From Octopus vulgaris (Eukaryota): DNA of 64,000 nucleotides. The DNA lies in NCBI GenBank assembly GCA_951406725.2, contig OX597815.1, positions 49,290,001 to 49,354,000 of the forward strand, in the 5' to 3' direction. This document shows positions 12,312 to 23,800 of this stretch, piece after piece (positions within the stretch are counted from its first letter, which is position 1; each line of letters starts with the position of its first letter). The position numbers and the translations under genes are program-made. The notes beneath the pieces are model-generated. The model had not been told where the DNA came from. It saw nothing but the letters and a program-made list of their open reading frames with translations, and did no database searches.

Positions 12312-13049
12312 CATTTATGAATGTATATATATATGTTTAAATGTGCATACACAGGCAAATACATATACACTTAAATATTTATTAATACAGCTATCCATAT
12401 ACATAAATATACTATACACATACGCATACAGACAGACACATCAATGTACATGCATATCTTTATCGTCTTAGCTGCTCTTCTGAATGTCATTAGAATATCT
12501 TTATAGTTTTTAGAATACAATTATCTGAGCATGTGATATCTTCATGTGATCTTTATAATGGTAGTGTGCTTACTAAGTACCGTAAACAATATCTTTATGA
12601 CACAAACATACATAGTAAATTGCAATAAATGCAATATTTTCACAGCACAATAAAAATTTCATTGTAGTTGAGGGGGTGAGTTTGGAAGCAGTGTGCTCAT
12701 TTGCAGCCTTCTGCTGTGTGTTTGAAATAACTAATAGGTCACCTCAGCTTTTGCAAATATTTATCTTTAAATTGTTAAAGTAAATTCTAGTTGCAAGTTA
12801 CCATGTGAATGTTTGTTGTTAAACTGAGTTGCATAGAAAATAAGGGTTTGATTGCAGGCCTTCAACACCTGATGGAGTTGTAGGAGGGAACCTGCTGGAG
12901 TAGAGGCATACAAGATGTCTTGAACATACTGAGCTTTGCAGAATATCCATTCTACTGCAGGTGTGGACCACAGTTGATTCCTTTCAAGAGAAAGAGAGAG
13001 TGGGGAGAGAAAAAGAGAGGGGGGGAGAGATAGACAGACAGACAGACAG

Positions 13050-13235
13050 AAAGAGAGGGAAGTGATGTAGAATCAATCCCAGAACCTGATTGTTACTTTA
13101 TTGAATCTCCCCACCAAGAGCAGAAGGGCAAAGTTAACCTTGAAGGGACTTGAAGTCAAGGAGCAGAGAACCAGAGCAAATGCTGCATAGTATCCTATCC
13201 AATGATTTGATTAATCTGTCAGTTTATTTGCCTTA
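13050..13235 (-). mobile_element. SINE family C, diverged
   Basis: aagggcaaagttaacctt...acttgaagtcaag matches the family C unit. Confidence 0.55.
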
Positions 13236-13418
13236 CAAGTAAAGTCCCTCCCAAGAAATTTCTGACCTTGTGCCAAAATTTGACACCAGTTGAGGTTGTT
13301 GATCAAGAAACAATAAAACTTCCATTTATCTTTTATCCAAAAAGTTATTTCAAAGCATTTCATTTAGTAATTACCACAAATCACAAAATGAAAGTGTTTA
13401 TAGTTTTTATTTTTCATG

Positions 13419-13504
13419 TTACTATACAATTTGTTCATACAAAAAGACTTATGTATTCATAAATAGAAAATTGTAATAATCATATTTGTACTCGTCAGTA
13501 GCTG
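13419..13504 (-). ncRNA. Type I hammerhead ribozyme motif with long stem II (degenerate copy)
   Basis: Minus strand cagcta-CUGACGA-GUACAAA-[~47 nt]-UUUGUAU-GAA-CAAAUUG-UA-uag. One A of GAAA is lost and the 3' strand of stem I is decayed. Confidence 0.6.
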
Positions 13505-13603
13505 GCATAAAAACTAAAAAAGACTTTAGAAGTACATAGATTTTCTCTTTGTTATCATTTTAAGATTAATATATTCGTTCTTACAGTCATGCCTGTGTGT
13601 ATA

Positions 13604-14161
13604 TCTCTTATATAAAATTCGTTCTGTCTGTCTGTCTGTGTGTGTGTCTTCTCGGATCTCGGACATCCTTCATCCGATTGTGCTCAAATTTGATATGTAG
13701 ATACCAACAGTATCAGGGCATGTATAAGTCTTGAAAAAATTACAAAAATCTATTCCAGGTGAGAATGCGATCGATAAAGCTGTTTTTATCCTGCTTTTCT
13801 CCCATCAACCTGTACATAACTGCACCTTCCATTTTTGTTGTTTTTGTACTGCTTAAAGGCACTTTTCTTTCCTGCCAAGCTTACTATTTAAACCATGTTT
13901 GTATTCTCCCAGTCAACAGCCTTATCATTACTGGTACTTTAAACTTTTCAGTTTATTTGTGTGAATAAAATCGTTTTTCTTTGGAATAGAAAAAAGTCTA
14001 TCTTTATTTCTTCTTTTGCTGGTGTCTCAAATTTAAGTTAAATCAGTGTTTCTCAAAGGAGAAGCCTATGGGACGGTCTGACGAGTCGTTTTGAGAAAAT
14101 TTGGTTTAAATGTTTGACAACTCAGCACTGTCCATTGGACGGGGGGGGGGGGGGTTGCTCG
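13604..14161 (+). mobile_element. Non-autonomous Helitron
   Basis: Begins A|TC (tctcttatataaaa, then (GTCT)n and ccgattgtgctcaaatttg). Ends with the subterminal hairpin ctgtcca-t-tggacgg (14128-14142) and CTCG|T. No TSD; inserted between A and T. Confidence 0.7.
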
Positions 14162-14687
14162 TTTTTTTTATATACGGCTATATGGGTATGTATGCACATA
14201 AGTATATGTGTATATGTGTATTGGTATTATTATATACTCGTACAGTATCTCTAAATTTTCTTGAAAACACATCAATACTGTGACTAGATAATTAATTACG
14301 ACATATAACACTTTCTTTTTGCCTATGAATATTAGACCTATTATTTACAATAAATACTTAAAATATAAATTTTATAAATCTGAAATTATTATTGAATACT
14401 ATTAAAGACCACTTTTTTTTAAAATCACTTAAGTTGAAAGGATAATTGACGGTTAAGTAAAACCTATACTTGTATTTGAAAATTCATTCACATCCTTATT
14501 TGGGATTCCTCATCGTACATACAAACACAGCCTGACCAGTAATATAATTTCATTTAAGGAGTTTTAAATAGACACACATATAGGAATTCATATATTAGCA
14601 CCCACTTATTTATGTTTTCAGTCTTGATTCAAACAATAACTAAGAGAAAATCTATGTACTTTTTTTTTTTTTTTTTAGTTTTTATAC

Positions 14688-14772
14688 CAGCTACTGACGA
14701 GTACAAATTACTATTACAATTTTTTATTTATGAATATCTGAGTCTTTTTGTATGAAACAAATTATTTAGCTG
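14688..14772 (+). ncRNA. Type I hammerhead ribozyme motif with long stem II
   Basis: Stem I cagcta(14688-93)/tagctg(14767-72); core CTGACGA (14694-700); stem II gtacaaa(14701-07)/tttgtat(14747-53); GAAA (14754-57); stem III caa-a-tta, then U-H. The partner copy has caa-a-ttg-UA. Confidence 0.7.
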
Positions 14773-15000
14773 CATGAAAATAAAAACTACAACCCATTCT
14801 AACATTTAATCTCTTCAATTTACATAAATATGAATGAATTTGTTGAACTGTGTTTAATAAGTTAAATCATAAACTGATTATTGCTATACAAGTTTTCTTA
14901 TACAAATTTAAACAAGTAAATTCAAAAGTTAAGTATGAAGAAAAGATATTAGAAATTTTTGGAAATAATTCCAATTAGATGATGAACTCACATTCATCTG

Positions 15001-15031
<31 letters not shown>

Positions 15032-15034
15032 TAG

Positions 15035-15195
15035 GATTAGCTTCTTTTAGTTTCTGTCTACTAAATCCACTCACAAGGCTTTGGTCAGTTCAAGACTATA
15101 GTAGAAGACACTTGGCAAAGGTGCCATACAGTGGGATTGTACCCAGAATCATGTAGTTGGGAAGCAAGCTTCTTACCACACAGCCACACCTGCAC
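15035..15195 (-). mobile_element. SINE family A, 5' half
   Basis: gtttctgtctactaaatccactcacaaggct...cttaccacacagccacacctgca. Confidence 0.85.
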
Positions 15196-15528
15196 TTAAG
15201 TTGTTATAACTTAACTCCAAGTCAAATCATTGCTAGTGGGGATAGAGAAGACATGTTGTTGACACTCTTATTTAACTCCAGGACACTTTTGATTATGTGG
15301 CACTCTGATCAAAGGCATTTCAGTTGTAATCATTCCATCTTGTTGCATTGCAAGAACTTCACTAATGTATACTTTTTATCAATAATAGAATGGTATTTGG
15401 TATTATATGAGGGAGATTTGGCTGCTATTCCTTGAAAAATGAGTGAACTTATAGAAACTCCATCATTTACTTGTAGGGGGCATGTTGTTGTTCTAATAGA
15501 CAGTAGCCCAATTCCTTATGGTTTAAAT

Positions 15529-16197
15529 CAGTGGTTCTCTACCATTTTCTTTACTTATGAACCCCTTTGATTCCTATGTTACTCAGATGAACCCCTTTAG
15601 CCATTCCTTGTTTAAAAATATCTTATAATATTTTTATAATTAAATATTATTAGGAATTGTATAAAAATAATTATTATAATTATTAGGCGCAGGAGTGGCT
15701 GTGTGGTAAGTAGCTTGCTAACCAACCACATGGTTCCGGGTTCAGTCCCACTGCTTGGCATCTTGGGCAAGTGTCTTCTGCTATAGCCCCGGGCCGACCA
15801 ATGCCTTGTGAGTGGATTTGGTAGACGGAAACTGAAAGAAGCCTGTCATATATATGTATATATATGTGTTTGTTTGTGTGTCTGTGTTTGTCCCCCTAGC
15901 ATTGCTTGACAACTGATGCTGGTGTGTTTACATGCCCGTCACTTAGCGGTTCAGCAAAAGAGACCGATAGAATAAGTACTGGGCTTACAAAGAATAAGTC
16001 CCAGGGTCGATTTGCTCGACTAAAGGTGGTGCTCCAGCATGGCCACAGTCAAATGACTGAAACAAGTAAAAGAGTAAAAGAGTAAAATAGTTTGTTTATA
16101 ACCAATTGTGTACAACAAATTAATTGAAGGTAAACTTTAACAACAAAATCTTATATGGACTCTCAAGAGTCATGTAGACTCCAGTTGAGAACCACTG
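15529..16197. mobile_element. hAT-type MITE interrupted by a SINE
   Basis: TIRs cagtggttctct / agttgagaaccactg. A family A SINE is nested at 15684-16085. Confidence 0.75.
15684..16085 (+). mobile_element. tRNA-derived SINE family A, full-length reference copy
   Basis: Head aggcgcaggagTGGCTGTGTGGtaag...GGGTTCAGTCCC with A/B-box-like motifs, internal microsatellite, tail (gtaaaaga)3. More than 20 copies in the window. Confidence 0.92.
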
Positions 16198-16709
16198 CTT
16201 TGAAATTTGCTAGGACTCGTATCCACACCATACTCAGTTTGAAAAGAACACCAGCAACAACTACACCAACAACAATAACAACAACCACAACAAAATGAAA
16301 GATATGAAGTAAAAGAGATATCGCTACTTCTTTCTTAGCATCTCTCTTCTTCATCTTGTGCCATTATGAGAAAGCCTAAAACCCCAAACTCTGTCTTGTT
16401 TCTTATATATTGCTACTTAGTATAGCAGGACATTTGAAAAGCAACAAATTTTGTTACATAAACAACAAATGGCTTGTTGTGAATAATGTTACAACTCGAT
16501 GTCATCACCATAGCAACAAGTGATGTTGCAAAATAACCTCCATCACACAGTACTGCTTAACAACAAGAACATCAACAACAACAATGATAACGACAACAAC
16601 AACAATTATAAAACAGCTCAGTTCTTGCGCATTTTAGGACAACAGATTATGACAATAACGATACTAAGAATAGCAAGTGTAGAAAGAATGGTGCTTTATT
16701 TATTTATAA

Positions 16710-16810
16710 TGTGGCAGTAGCGGCGACGGTGGTGATGGTGGTGGTGGTGGTGGTGGCGATGGTGGTGGTGGCGATGGTGGTGGTGATGGTGGCGGTGGGC
16801 ATTGTGGTGA
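16710..16810. repeat. (GGT/GAT/GGC)n triplet repeat
   Basis: Direct inspection. Confidence 0.9.
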
Positions 16811-17396
16811 CCATAAAAATAAGGAAGAGATAAATTAAGAACGAATGAATTAGCGACAGAAAAACTGTAGAAGAATTAGAAGCCGACAAAAAGGAAGCAG
16901 GTAGAAGACAAGAAAGTTATATATATATATACATAAAGACACACGCACACACACATATATATACATACATATACATACATATATACATAAACTGACATAC
17001 ACACACGCACATGTACGTATATTGGCTTGAGCATGGATGTGGTTGAGTAGGTTGCTTCCCAATCATGTGGTCTCAGGTTCAGTTCCACTGCACAGCACCT
17101 TATGTTATCACTTAGGAGGTATCGATGTTTATACCTATGCAGAAAACATGTTTAACTGTTGTTTTAGCAGTTCATTATATGCCATAGCACAGACATGAAT
17201 AATTTACACCAAAACAAGTAAGGTATGGCCACAAGAAGGCTATGCAGCTATAGTCCTCTGACCCAACAAAGTTTTGTCCAACCCATGCAAGATGGTGATG
17301 ATGACATTGATGATAGATAGATAGATAGATATACATACATGCATGCATACATGTATACATATATGCAAACATATATGCATATATACACACACACCA

Positions 17397-17431
<35 letters not shown>

Positions 17432-17432
<1 letters not shown>

Positions 17433-17678
17433 CATCATCATTGTTTGACGTCCGCTTTCCATGCTAGCATGGGTTGGACGGTTCAACTGGGGTCTGGCAA
17501 GCCTGAAGGCTGCACCAGGCCAGTCAGATCTGGCAGTGTTTCTACAGCTGGATGCCCTTCCTAACACCAACCACTCCGAGAGTGTAGTGGGTGATTTTAT
17601 GTGCCACCGACACAGGTGCCAGACGAGGCTGGCAGACGGCCACGCTCGGATGGTGTTTTTTATGTGCCACCGACACAT
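17432..17678 (-). mobile_element. SINE family B (RTE-type tail ending in (GAT)n)
   Basis: Reverse complement of 54245-54563: tandem ggcacataaaaagcacc units, ggttggtgttaggaagggcatccagctgtagaaac, tail gacgtcaaacaatgatgatg. Confidence 0.88.
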
Positions 17679-17872
17679 AAATATATATATATATATAAGA
17701 TAAGAAAAGAGAAAAATTTATTAACACAACTCCAATTTTGAATAACATTAATTTCTCATAACCTATGATTTGTATATTTATAAAATAAATACCCAGCATA
17801 AATGCTCAGATCAGCTAGTCAGCCTTTAACGAGGAATTTTGAATCTTGACCTTCTTTATTCACCATCTACTG

Positions 17873-18203
17873 CAGCGGTTCTCGACCAGGTTCCACATAA
17901 GATTTTGGGGGTCCACGCAACAAAATAGTAAATTGGGATCCACAATAGTATTTTAAGGGCTCCTGAAAACCTTTTGCTTTAGATGAATGTATTGGTATGT
18001 ATTACAAGAAACAGTTAGGTTTCTTTCTCTCATGTTTTACATAGTTCAACCTACACAAGTGAATTTGTGAAAAACAAAATAGGAATTTTGAAAGAAATAG
18101 CTATAAAACTAGTTTTAAACATTAAATAGATATGGGGGTCACCCAGAATAAAATGGTAATCAAAGAGGTCCATAGATAAAAAAAAGATGGTTGAGAACCC
18201 CTG
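17873..18203. mobile_element. hAT (Buster/Charlie-type) MITE with perfect 8-bp TSD
   Basis: TIRs cagcggttctcgacc / ggttgagaacccctg. TSD atctactg at 17865-17872 and 18204-18211, with the central TA typical of Buster/Charlie. Confidence 0.9.
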
Positions 18204-18341
18204 ATCTACTGTCATTAGGATTACCTTGATTCCATATACTATTTCTAACCAAAATTCCCATCTGGCCTCTTAGTCACCACCCATAGAAGATGGAATTGCA
18301 GTGAGCAGAAGGTATTATTCTTTTGCCCCAACTCTCCTCAG

Positions 18342-18371
18342 GCCTCATCGTGCTTCTTAAAACAAGAACCG
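18342..18371 (+). other. Candidate 30-nt microexon (unproven)
   Basis: Acceptor ttcttttgccccaactctcctcAG and donor CG|GTAAGC. Length is a multiple of 3, with 2 of 3 frames open. Confidence 0.2.
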
Positions 18372-19027
18372 GTAAGCGATATATTGGATCAAGTTATCAA
18401 ATTTACACTTCTGATGAGAATATATAACAGAAAGTGTGTGTCTAAATCTTCAGGCTGTGGCCTATCCCCTGCCAAAAAAAAAAGAGAGAAAAAGAATAAA
18501 GACAGACTGCAGTCTTTTCTTGTTAAAAACACCATTTATTTATTTAATTATTTATTTATTTAGCTCATTCTTTATCAAACTGCAGCTCCCCCACCCACCC
18601 ACTACAAGACCTCCCTATTACCAACAACAAAAACAACAGAAGCCATTGAAGTGTTGTATTCAGTTTCCCAAGAGTTAAGAACTTGGTGAGGCAGATTTTT
18701 CCCTTTGACTTTCTCAAATTTCTTTCTTTTTGAGATAAACTAGAAATAAATCCATCAAGACATTCGTTTGGAGAAAGACTAAGAATGCCACTGCAAAGCA
18801 TCAAGACTTTAGGCTGTCTACCTTAGCAGCTTGGGTGCCACGAGCTAGGTAAGAGATAAAGTTGGGCTATTTGACATCAGTCATGTGATCTCAACAGTGT
18901 TGATCTTGTTTTTGTTGTTGTTGTTGTTCTTGTTACTGATCTTATTTTTTTCCTTTTTCTTTTACTTTTTCTTGATTTCCTCAGCTCACTTTCATCTTCC
19001 TTTTATTCCCTTTTTTTTAACTCTGCC

Positions 19028-19161
19028 TTATCATCGTCCTCATCATCATCAGCATCATCATTACCATCACCACCACCACCAGTACTATCATCATCATTGT
19101 TGTCATCTTCATCATGGTTTTTATTATCCTTACCATCTTTTCCACCACCACCACCACCACC

Positions 19162-19195
<34 letters not shown>

Positions 19196-19290
19196 TCACT
19201 GCTAACATCACCAAACTAACATCATCATCACCATTGTCATCAATAGCACCAATATCAAAATTACTCCCACATCAGCATCGTCATCACCAT
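19028..19290. repeat. (CAT/CAC)n triplet low-complexity block
   Basis: Direct inspection. Confidence 0.95.
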
Positions 19291-19859
19291 TTTGATCTCA
19301 CCATGTTTGTTACTTAGAAGTTTGATAATGTCAATACTGACAAAATTCTCTTTGTCAGTGTGCATCTTTGGCCAATAATAGTGCCACAGTGTGGCTTGAA
19401 CTTCAATGGATCTATTTAACCAAACCACTATTTAAATCTGTTCTGACATGGTTTCTGACATGGCTGGATGCAAATGACCAGAATCACCAACACGTGAGAC
19501 TAACTATTGCAGATCCATTATTTACCCCCCTTAAATACAACAAAAGCCTTGATTAATTAAAGTTATAATGAGGATCACATAAGACAGTGAGCTAGCAGGA
19601 CTGTTAGCATGCCAGACAAAATGCTTAGTGTGATTTTCAATAGTGGTATTTCTGAGTGGTATTGCAATATCTCATTGTGGAGGGAACCTGTGGAAGGGGT
19701 AGGCCTAGGAAGATGTGGGACAAAGTGGTGAGAAAGGATCCTCAGACATTGGGCTTCGATGATGAGATAACAAAGGACCAGGACTTGTGGTGATTTGCTG
19801 TACTTGAGAAGACATGCCAAGCTAAGTAAAATTGTGGCCATCCATACATACAGGATTGT

Positions 19860-20160
19860 CCTTTATGGCTATGCCTCCACTCACTCTCTCAGTCAAGAGG
19901 TCGCTGTCTTGCAGGTGCCAGTGCTACTTAAAAAAACACTTGTGCTAGTGCCACATATAAAAGCACACATTCTGGTGCCACATAGAAAGCACCCAGTACA
20001 CTCTGTAGAGTGGCTAGAATTACGAAGGGCATCCAGCCATGTCAGAAACCATGTCAGAACAGGCAACTGGCCAGCTCCTGTCAAACCAATCACTCCATGC
20101 CAGCATGGAAAATGGACATTAAGCTATGATGATGATGATGACAATGATGACAGCGATGAC

Positions 20161-20216
<56 letters not shown>

Positions 20217-20230
20217 CAACGACGACGATA

Positions 20231-20282
<52 letters not shown>

Positions 20283-20326
20283 CGACGACGACGATAATGA
20301 TGATGATGATGATGATGATGATGATG
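19860..20326 (+). mobile_element. SINE family B with expanded (GAT/GAC)n tail of about 200 bp
   Basis: aaagcacccagtacactctg...gaagggcatccagcc...catgccagcatggaaaatggacatta followed by (GAT)n at 20126-20326. Confidence 0.8.
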
Positions 20327-20648
20327 TATATCATCTATCTTTATTCTTTGAGCTCAAATTTCACTGATGATGACTTTGCCTTTCGTTTATTCAGGATCAA
20401 TAAAATAAGTGCCAGTAAAGTACTTTAGTCGATGCAATCAATGAGCCCTCTCTCCTCTAAAACAGCTGCCCCTCTGTCAAAAGAATTATATACATCACAT
20501 TAAGTATGTAATCACTGTAACTCTTATTCCCTGAATATATTTAGTTTTGATTCTTTATGTTTGGCATTCAAATCCAACCAAAGTTATTAATTCCTTTCAT
20601 CACTCCAAGGGTCAATACATTAATACCAGTAATATATTAATATTAGTG

Positions 20649-20980
20649 AAGGCACATGGCTCAGTGGTTAGAGAGTCATGAGGTAATGAGTTCGATTCCC
20701 GGACCAGGCTGTGTGTTGTGTTCTTAAGCAAGACATTTTATTTCACATTACTCCACTTCACTCAGCTGTAGAAATGAGTTGCAATGCTACTGGTGCCAAG
20801 CTGTGTTAGCCATTGTCTTTCCTTTGGACGACATCGGTGGTGTTGAGAGGGGAGGCTGGTATGCATGGGCGACTGCTGGTTTTCCATAATAACAACCTTG
20901 CCCAGACTTGTGCCTTGGAGGGTAACTTTGTAGGTGCAATCCCATGATCATTCATGACTGAAGGGGGCCTTTACTCTTCA
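20649..20980 (+). mobile_element. tRNA-derived SINE family D variant
   Basis: ggcacaTGGCTCAGTGGttaga...GAGTTCGATTCCc...tgttcttaagcaagacattttatttcac. Body shared with 49230-49450. Confidence 0.85.
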
Positions 20981-21037
20981 TTAATATCACTTCAAGCTTC
21001 TTCAACTTTATTGCATCCCATTTAACTCTATTCTCTT

Positions 21038-21575
21038 AAAGGCAATCTTTATATCTTACTTTTCATAGATAGTTTATTAGAACTCCAAATACTGCATTAT
21101 TTACCTTGAGAAGACCTCTCATATTGACGCATGGTGCATAAAAGCACTCATATTTATGAAACCATATGAAATGTCCTCTCAAGATAAATAATGCAGTATT
21201 AGGCATTCTAACAAAACATCCACATTAAGTTGGATATAAAGATTGCTTCTGTCCCTAATTATTTTTCACTAAGCATGCTGGTCATTTATAACATCAGTTA
21301 AAGAAAAGACATTAAAGTTCCATATATTGGTGACAGTGATATTTGACAGTTATGCTGCTACATGATGTCTGCCACTGAAGAGACTAAGCACGTTGAAATC
21401 ACATGATCTGGCAGTTTCAGCACTTGTAGTAAATGATTCTAATCTGCCAACAATAGAGATGTGGGTGCTTTTTATGCATTATGCATCCATATGAGAAACC
21501 CTCCCAAGGTAAATAATGCAGTATTTGGCACTCTAACAATATAACCACATTAAGTTGGATATAAAGATTGCCTTT
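21038..21575 (+). mobile_element. Retrozyme/Penelope-like unit: ~325-bp partial tandem repeat plus an inverted copy, carrying a hammerhead
   Basis: aataatgcagtatt...gatataaagattgc occurs directly at ~21187-21246 and ~21512-21571 (period ~325) and inverted at 21038-21155. Hammerhead at 21369-21414. Confidence 0.8.
21369..21414 (+). ncRNA. Type I hammerhead ribozyme (near-intact)
   Basis: ctgcca-CTGAAGA-gac[taagcac]gtt-GAAA-tca[ca]tga-TC-tggcag. Perfect 6-bp stem I, complete core, 3-bp stem II (G10.1-U11.1), near-palindromic stem III. Predicted cleavage after AUC (C21408). Confidence 0.85.
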
Positions 21576-21740
21576 TAGTATTGATAATGCTTCTCTTGCT
21601 AATAATTATTTTCTTATGTTGGACTATATTGCAACCCATTATAAGATTTGGTCATATATTTCATTTTAAAAGTTTGTATTAGCCATTTAGAGTATTTGGC
21701 CCAAATATTCTACCTGTTTTATGCTTAATGCTACCAGATC

Positions 21741-21929
21741 CAGTTCTATATTTAAGAGATGAGGAATTATGTACATTATTTACATTATCTACATCCAACG
21801 GATATTTGTCTTCAGCTTGTTTGTTGTTAACACAACACTTTGGCTGATATACCCTCCAGCCTTCTTCTGATGTCTTGGGGAAATTTCGAACCTGGGTTCC
21901 CATTCCTAAAGTATTTTTCAATGTTGTTG

Positions 21930-22003
<74 letters not shown>

Positions 22004-22078
22004 TAGGTCACTGCCTAGAATCAAACTCAGAATCTTGGGGTTAGTAACCTGCGCTCTTAACCACTACGCCATATGCCC
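21741..22078 (-). mobile_element. tRNA-headed SINE with (AAT)n spacer and hammerhead-bearing 3' part (family P), copy 1
   Basis: Minus: gggcataTGGCGTAGTGGttaagagc...GAGTTTGATTC...(AAT)n...gacat-CAGAAGA-a-ggctgg[agggtata]tcagcc-AAAG-tgtt-gtgtt. Collinear with 41250-41539. A 28-bp imperfect duplication flanks it (21712-21739 and 22113-22140). Confidence 0.85.
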
Positions 22079-22228
22079 ATGGGAGGTCCTGTCAGTTTTC
22101 TTGCTTACTAGAACCTGTTTTATGTTTAAGTCTACCAGATACAGCCTCTCACATTTTGGAAAATTAGTTATTTGTTATACACAGAACCTTGTGAGTGAAT
22201 TTGGTAGATGGAAACTGAAAGAAGCCCA

Positions 22229-22265
<37 letters not shown>

Positions 22266-22280
22266 TGTGTGTGTGTGTCT

Positions 22281-22422
22281 GTGTCTGTATCTGTGTATGT
22301 TAAGTTAATCTTGAGGCCCTTAGGTTCCAGGTTTTGCTTCCACACTTGGAATTTTTCATCTAGCTCTGATATGGAATCCACTGTAAGGGCAGCATCATCA
22401 GCATATAGTAGTTGTCAGGGGC
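22281..22422 (-). pseudogene. RTE-clade LINE reverse transcriptase fragment (YADD motif)
   Basis: Minus translation P*QLLYADDAALTVDSISELDEKFQVWKQNLEPKGLKINL. Confidence 0.85.
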
Positions 22423-22522
22423 TGCTGGTCGTGAATGTTCTCTTCAGAACCAATGAAATCACATATTGTTTATAACAAAGCTGATGAGCATTTACAAAGT
22501 CTAATGACCTGCCATGAGCAAT

Positions 22523-22725
22523 GGTGAGCTGGCAGGATTGTTTGCACACTGGACAAAATGCTTAGCAACATTCTGTTTTTCACATTCTGATTTCAAATTC
22601 CACCAAGGTCGACTTTGCATTTCATCCTTTCGGGGTTGATAAAATAAATAACATTTGAGTAGTAGGGTCAATATAATCAACTTACTCCTTCCTTTAAATT
22701 GTGTCAAAATTTAAATCAATATTTT
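22523..22725 (+). mobile_element. SINE family C, sense orientation
   Basis: ggtgagctggcaggattg...aaaatgcttagc...ttcaaattccaccaaggtcgactttgcatttcatcctttcggggttgataaaataa. Confidence 0.85.
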
Positions 22726-22814
22726 CTGGTACTTCTGAACCCTCTGAAGCTAAGCAAATTTTTTTACTAATATATTTTAATTAATGAGTAGCCATGAGGA
22801 AACCTCTCTATGAT

Positions 22815-22995
22815 TTCTCAACATGCTAGAAATAAAAGCCAAATCTTCTTCAAATTGCGTTCCTTGGACACTGACCCTAGATATGCTAAATCTGATGAAA
22901 CAAAAATAGAACAAGATGATTGTGGTTGAATGGATTTCATCATAGGTGTCTACTGGATCAAGGCTGACCTGGAGCTAAATTTCTACAACACAATC
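22815..22995 (+). mobile_element. Dispersed repeat family F (SINE-like 3' part)
   Basis: catgctagaaataaaagccaaatc...aggctgacctggagctaaa...caacaca. Related segments at ~24610-24770, 28190-28240, 33428-33640 and 49470-49550. Confidence 0.55.
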
Positions 22996-23119
22996 TTACA
23001 CTCAAGCCAAAGTGAGTGCTTCTATGCCAGCAGTTCCCCTCCTGAGGGTTCTTGAGCTGTGATCAATATTTAAAAAAATTTCTCTCTTTATATGTGCATT
23101 TGAGCATGAATGCATGAGT

Positions 23120-23199
<80 letters not shown>

Positions 23200-23451
23200 C
23201 CAACAGACAGATAGGCAGAGACAGATAGACAAAAACAGACAGACAGAGAGATAGAGCATGTTTTCTCCCAGCTGCTTTGTATAAAGTCAAAATACAGAAG
23301 CAGAACAAATATGGAACCTGATCTACAATTAAAAGTATCAGTTATTGAACCAGAAACTTAAAGCATAGCACCAACAAGACAGTATCAATTATCTCATTAA
23401 AAAAATAATATTTTTTTAAATACTGCCATTTATTTAATAGTATATTTAGTG

Positions 23452-23800
23452 ACAGGCATGACTGTTAAGAAGCTTGCTTGCAACTCCATGGTTTGGGGTT
23501 TAGTTCCTTGGCATGGCACCTTAGGCAAGTGTCTTCTACTATAACCCCAAGCCAACCAAAGCCTTGTGGGTGAATGTGGTTGCTAAAAACTGTATGGAAG
23601 CCTGTCATGTGTGTGAGTGAGTGAATACATGTATGCATGTACCATATGTGTGTTAGTGTTTGTCCCCCCCACACACACTGCTTGAAACACAGTGTTGGTT
23701 TGTTTACATCCCTGTAACTTAGCAATTTAGTGAAAGAACCAATAGAATAAGTACTGTGGTTAAAAATATAAAAACAATAAGTATTGAGGTTGATTTGCTG
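23452..23800 (+). mobile_element. SINE family A
   Basis: caggcatgactg...aagtgtcttctactataacc...gtaacttagc...aatagaataagtact. Confidence 0.85.

Larger units (their letters stand above)
13393..14792. mobile_element. ~1.4-kb unit bounded by ~130-bp inverted repeats, each containing a hammerhead motif (Penelope-like inverted pLTR arrangement inferred)
   Basis: 13393-13522 is the reverse complement of ~14670-14792 (e.g. gtactcgtcagtagctgg vs ccagctactgacgagtac). Confidence 0.7.

Noticed and set aside
16845-16905. Charged peptide DRKTVEELEADKKEA resembling a coiled-coil exon
   Set aside because: Purine-rich low complexity, upstream stop, no polypyrimidine acceptor.
18403-18440. CTGATGA...GAAA hammerhead candidates (also ~5419 and ~37189)
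   Set aside because: No pairable stem II and no UH site followed by a stem I partner.
19795-20367. 190-aa Asp-rich ORF (aspein-like biomineralisation protein?)
   Set aside because: The N-terminal part is SINE family B and the poly-Asp is its (GAT)n tail; no signal peptide or exon structure.
21840-22475. 211-aa ORF with a poly-Leu stretch
   Set aside because: Read-through of family P SINE, (ATT)n, (TG)n and the antisense of an RTE fragment.
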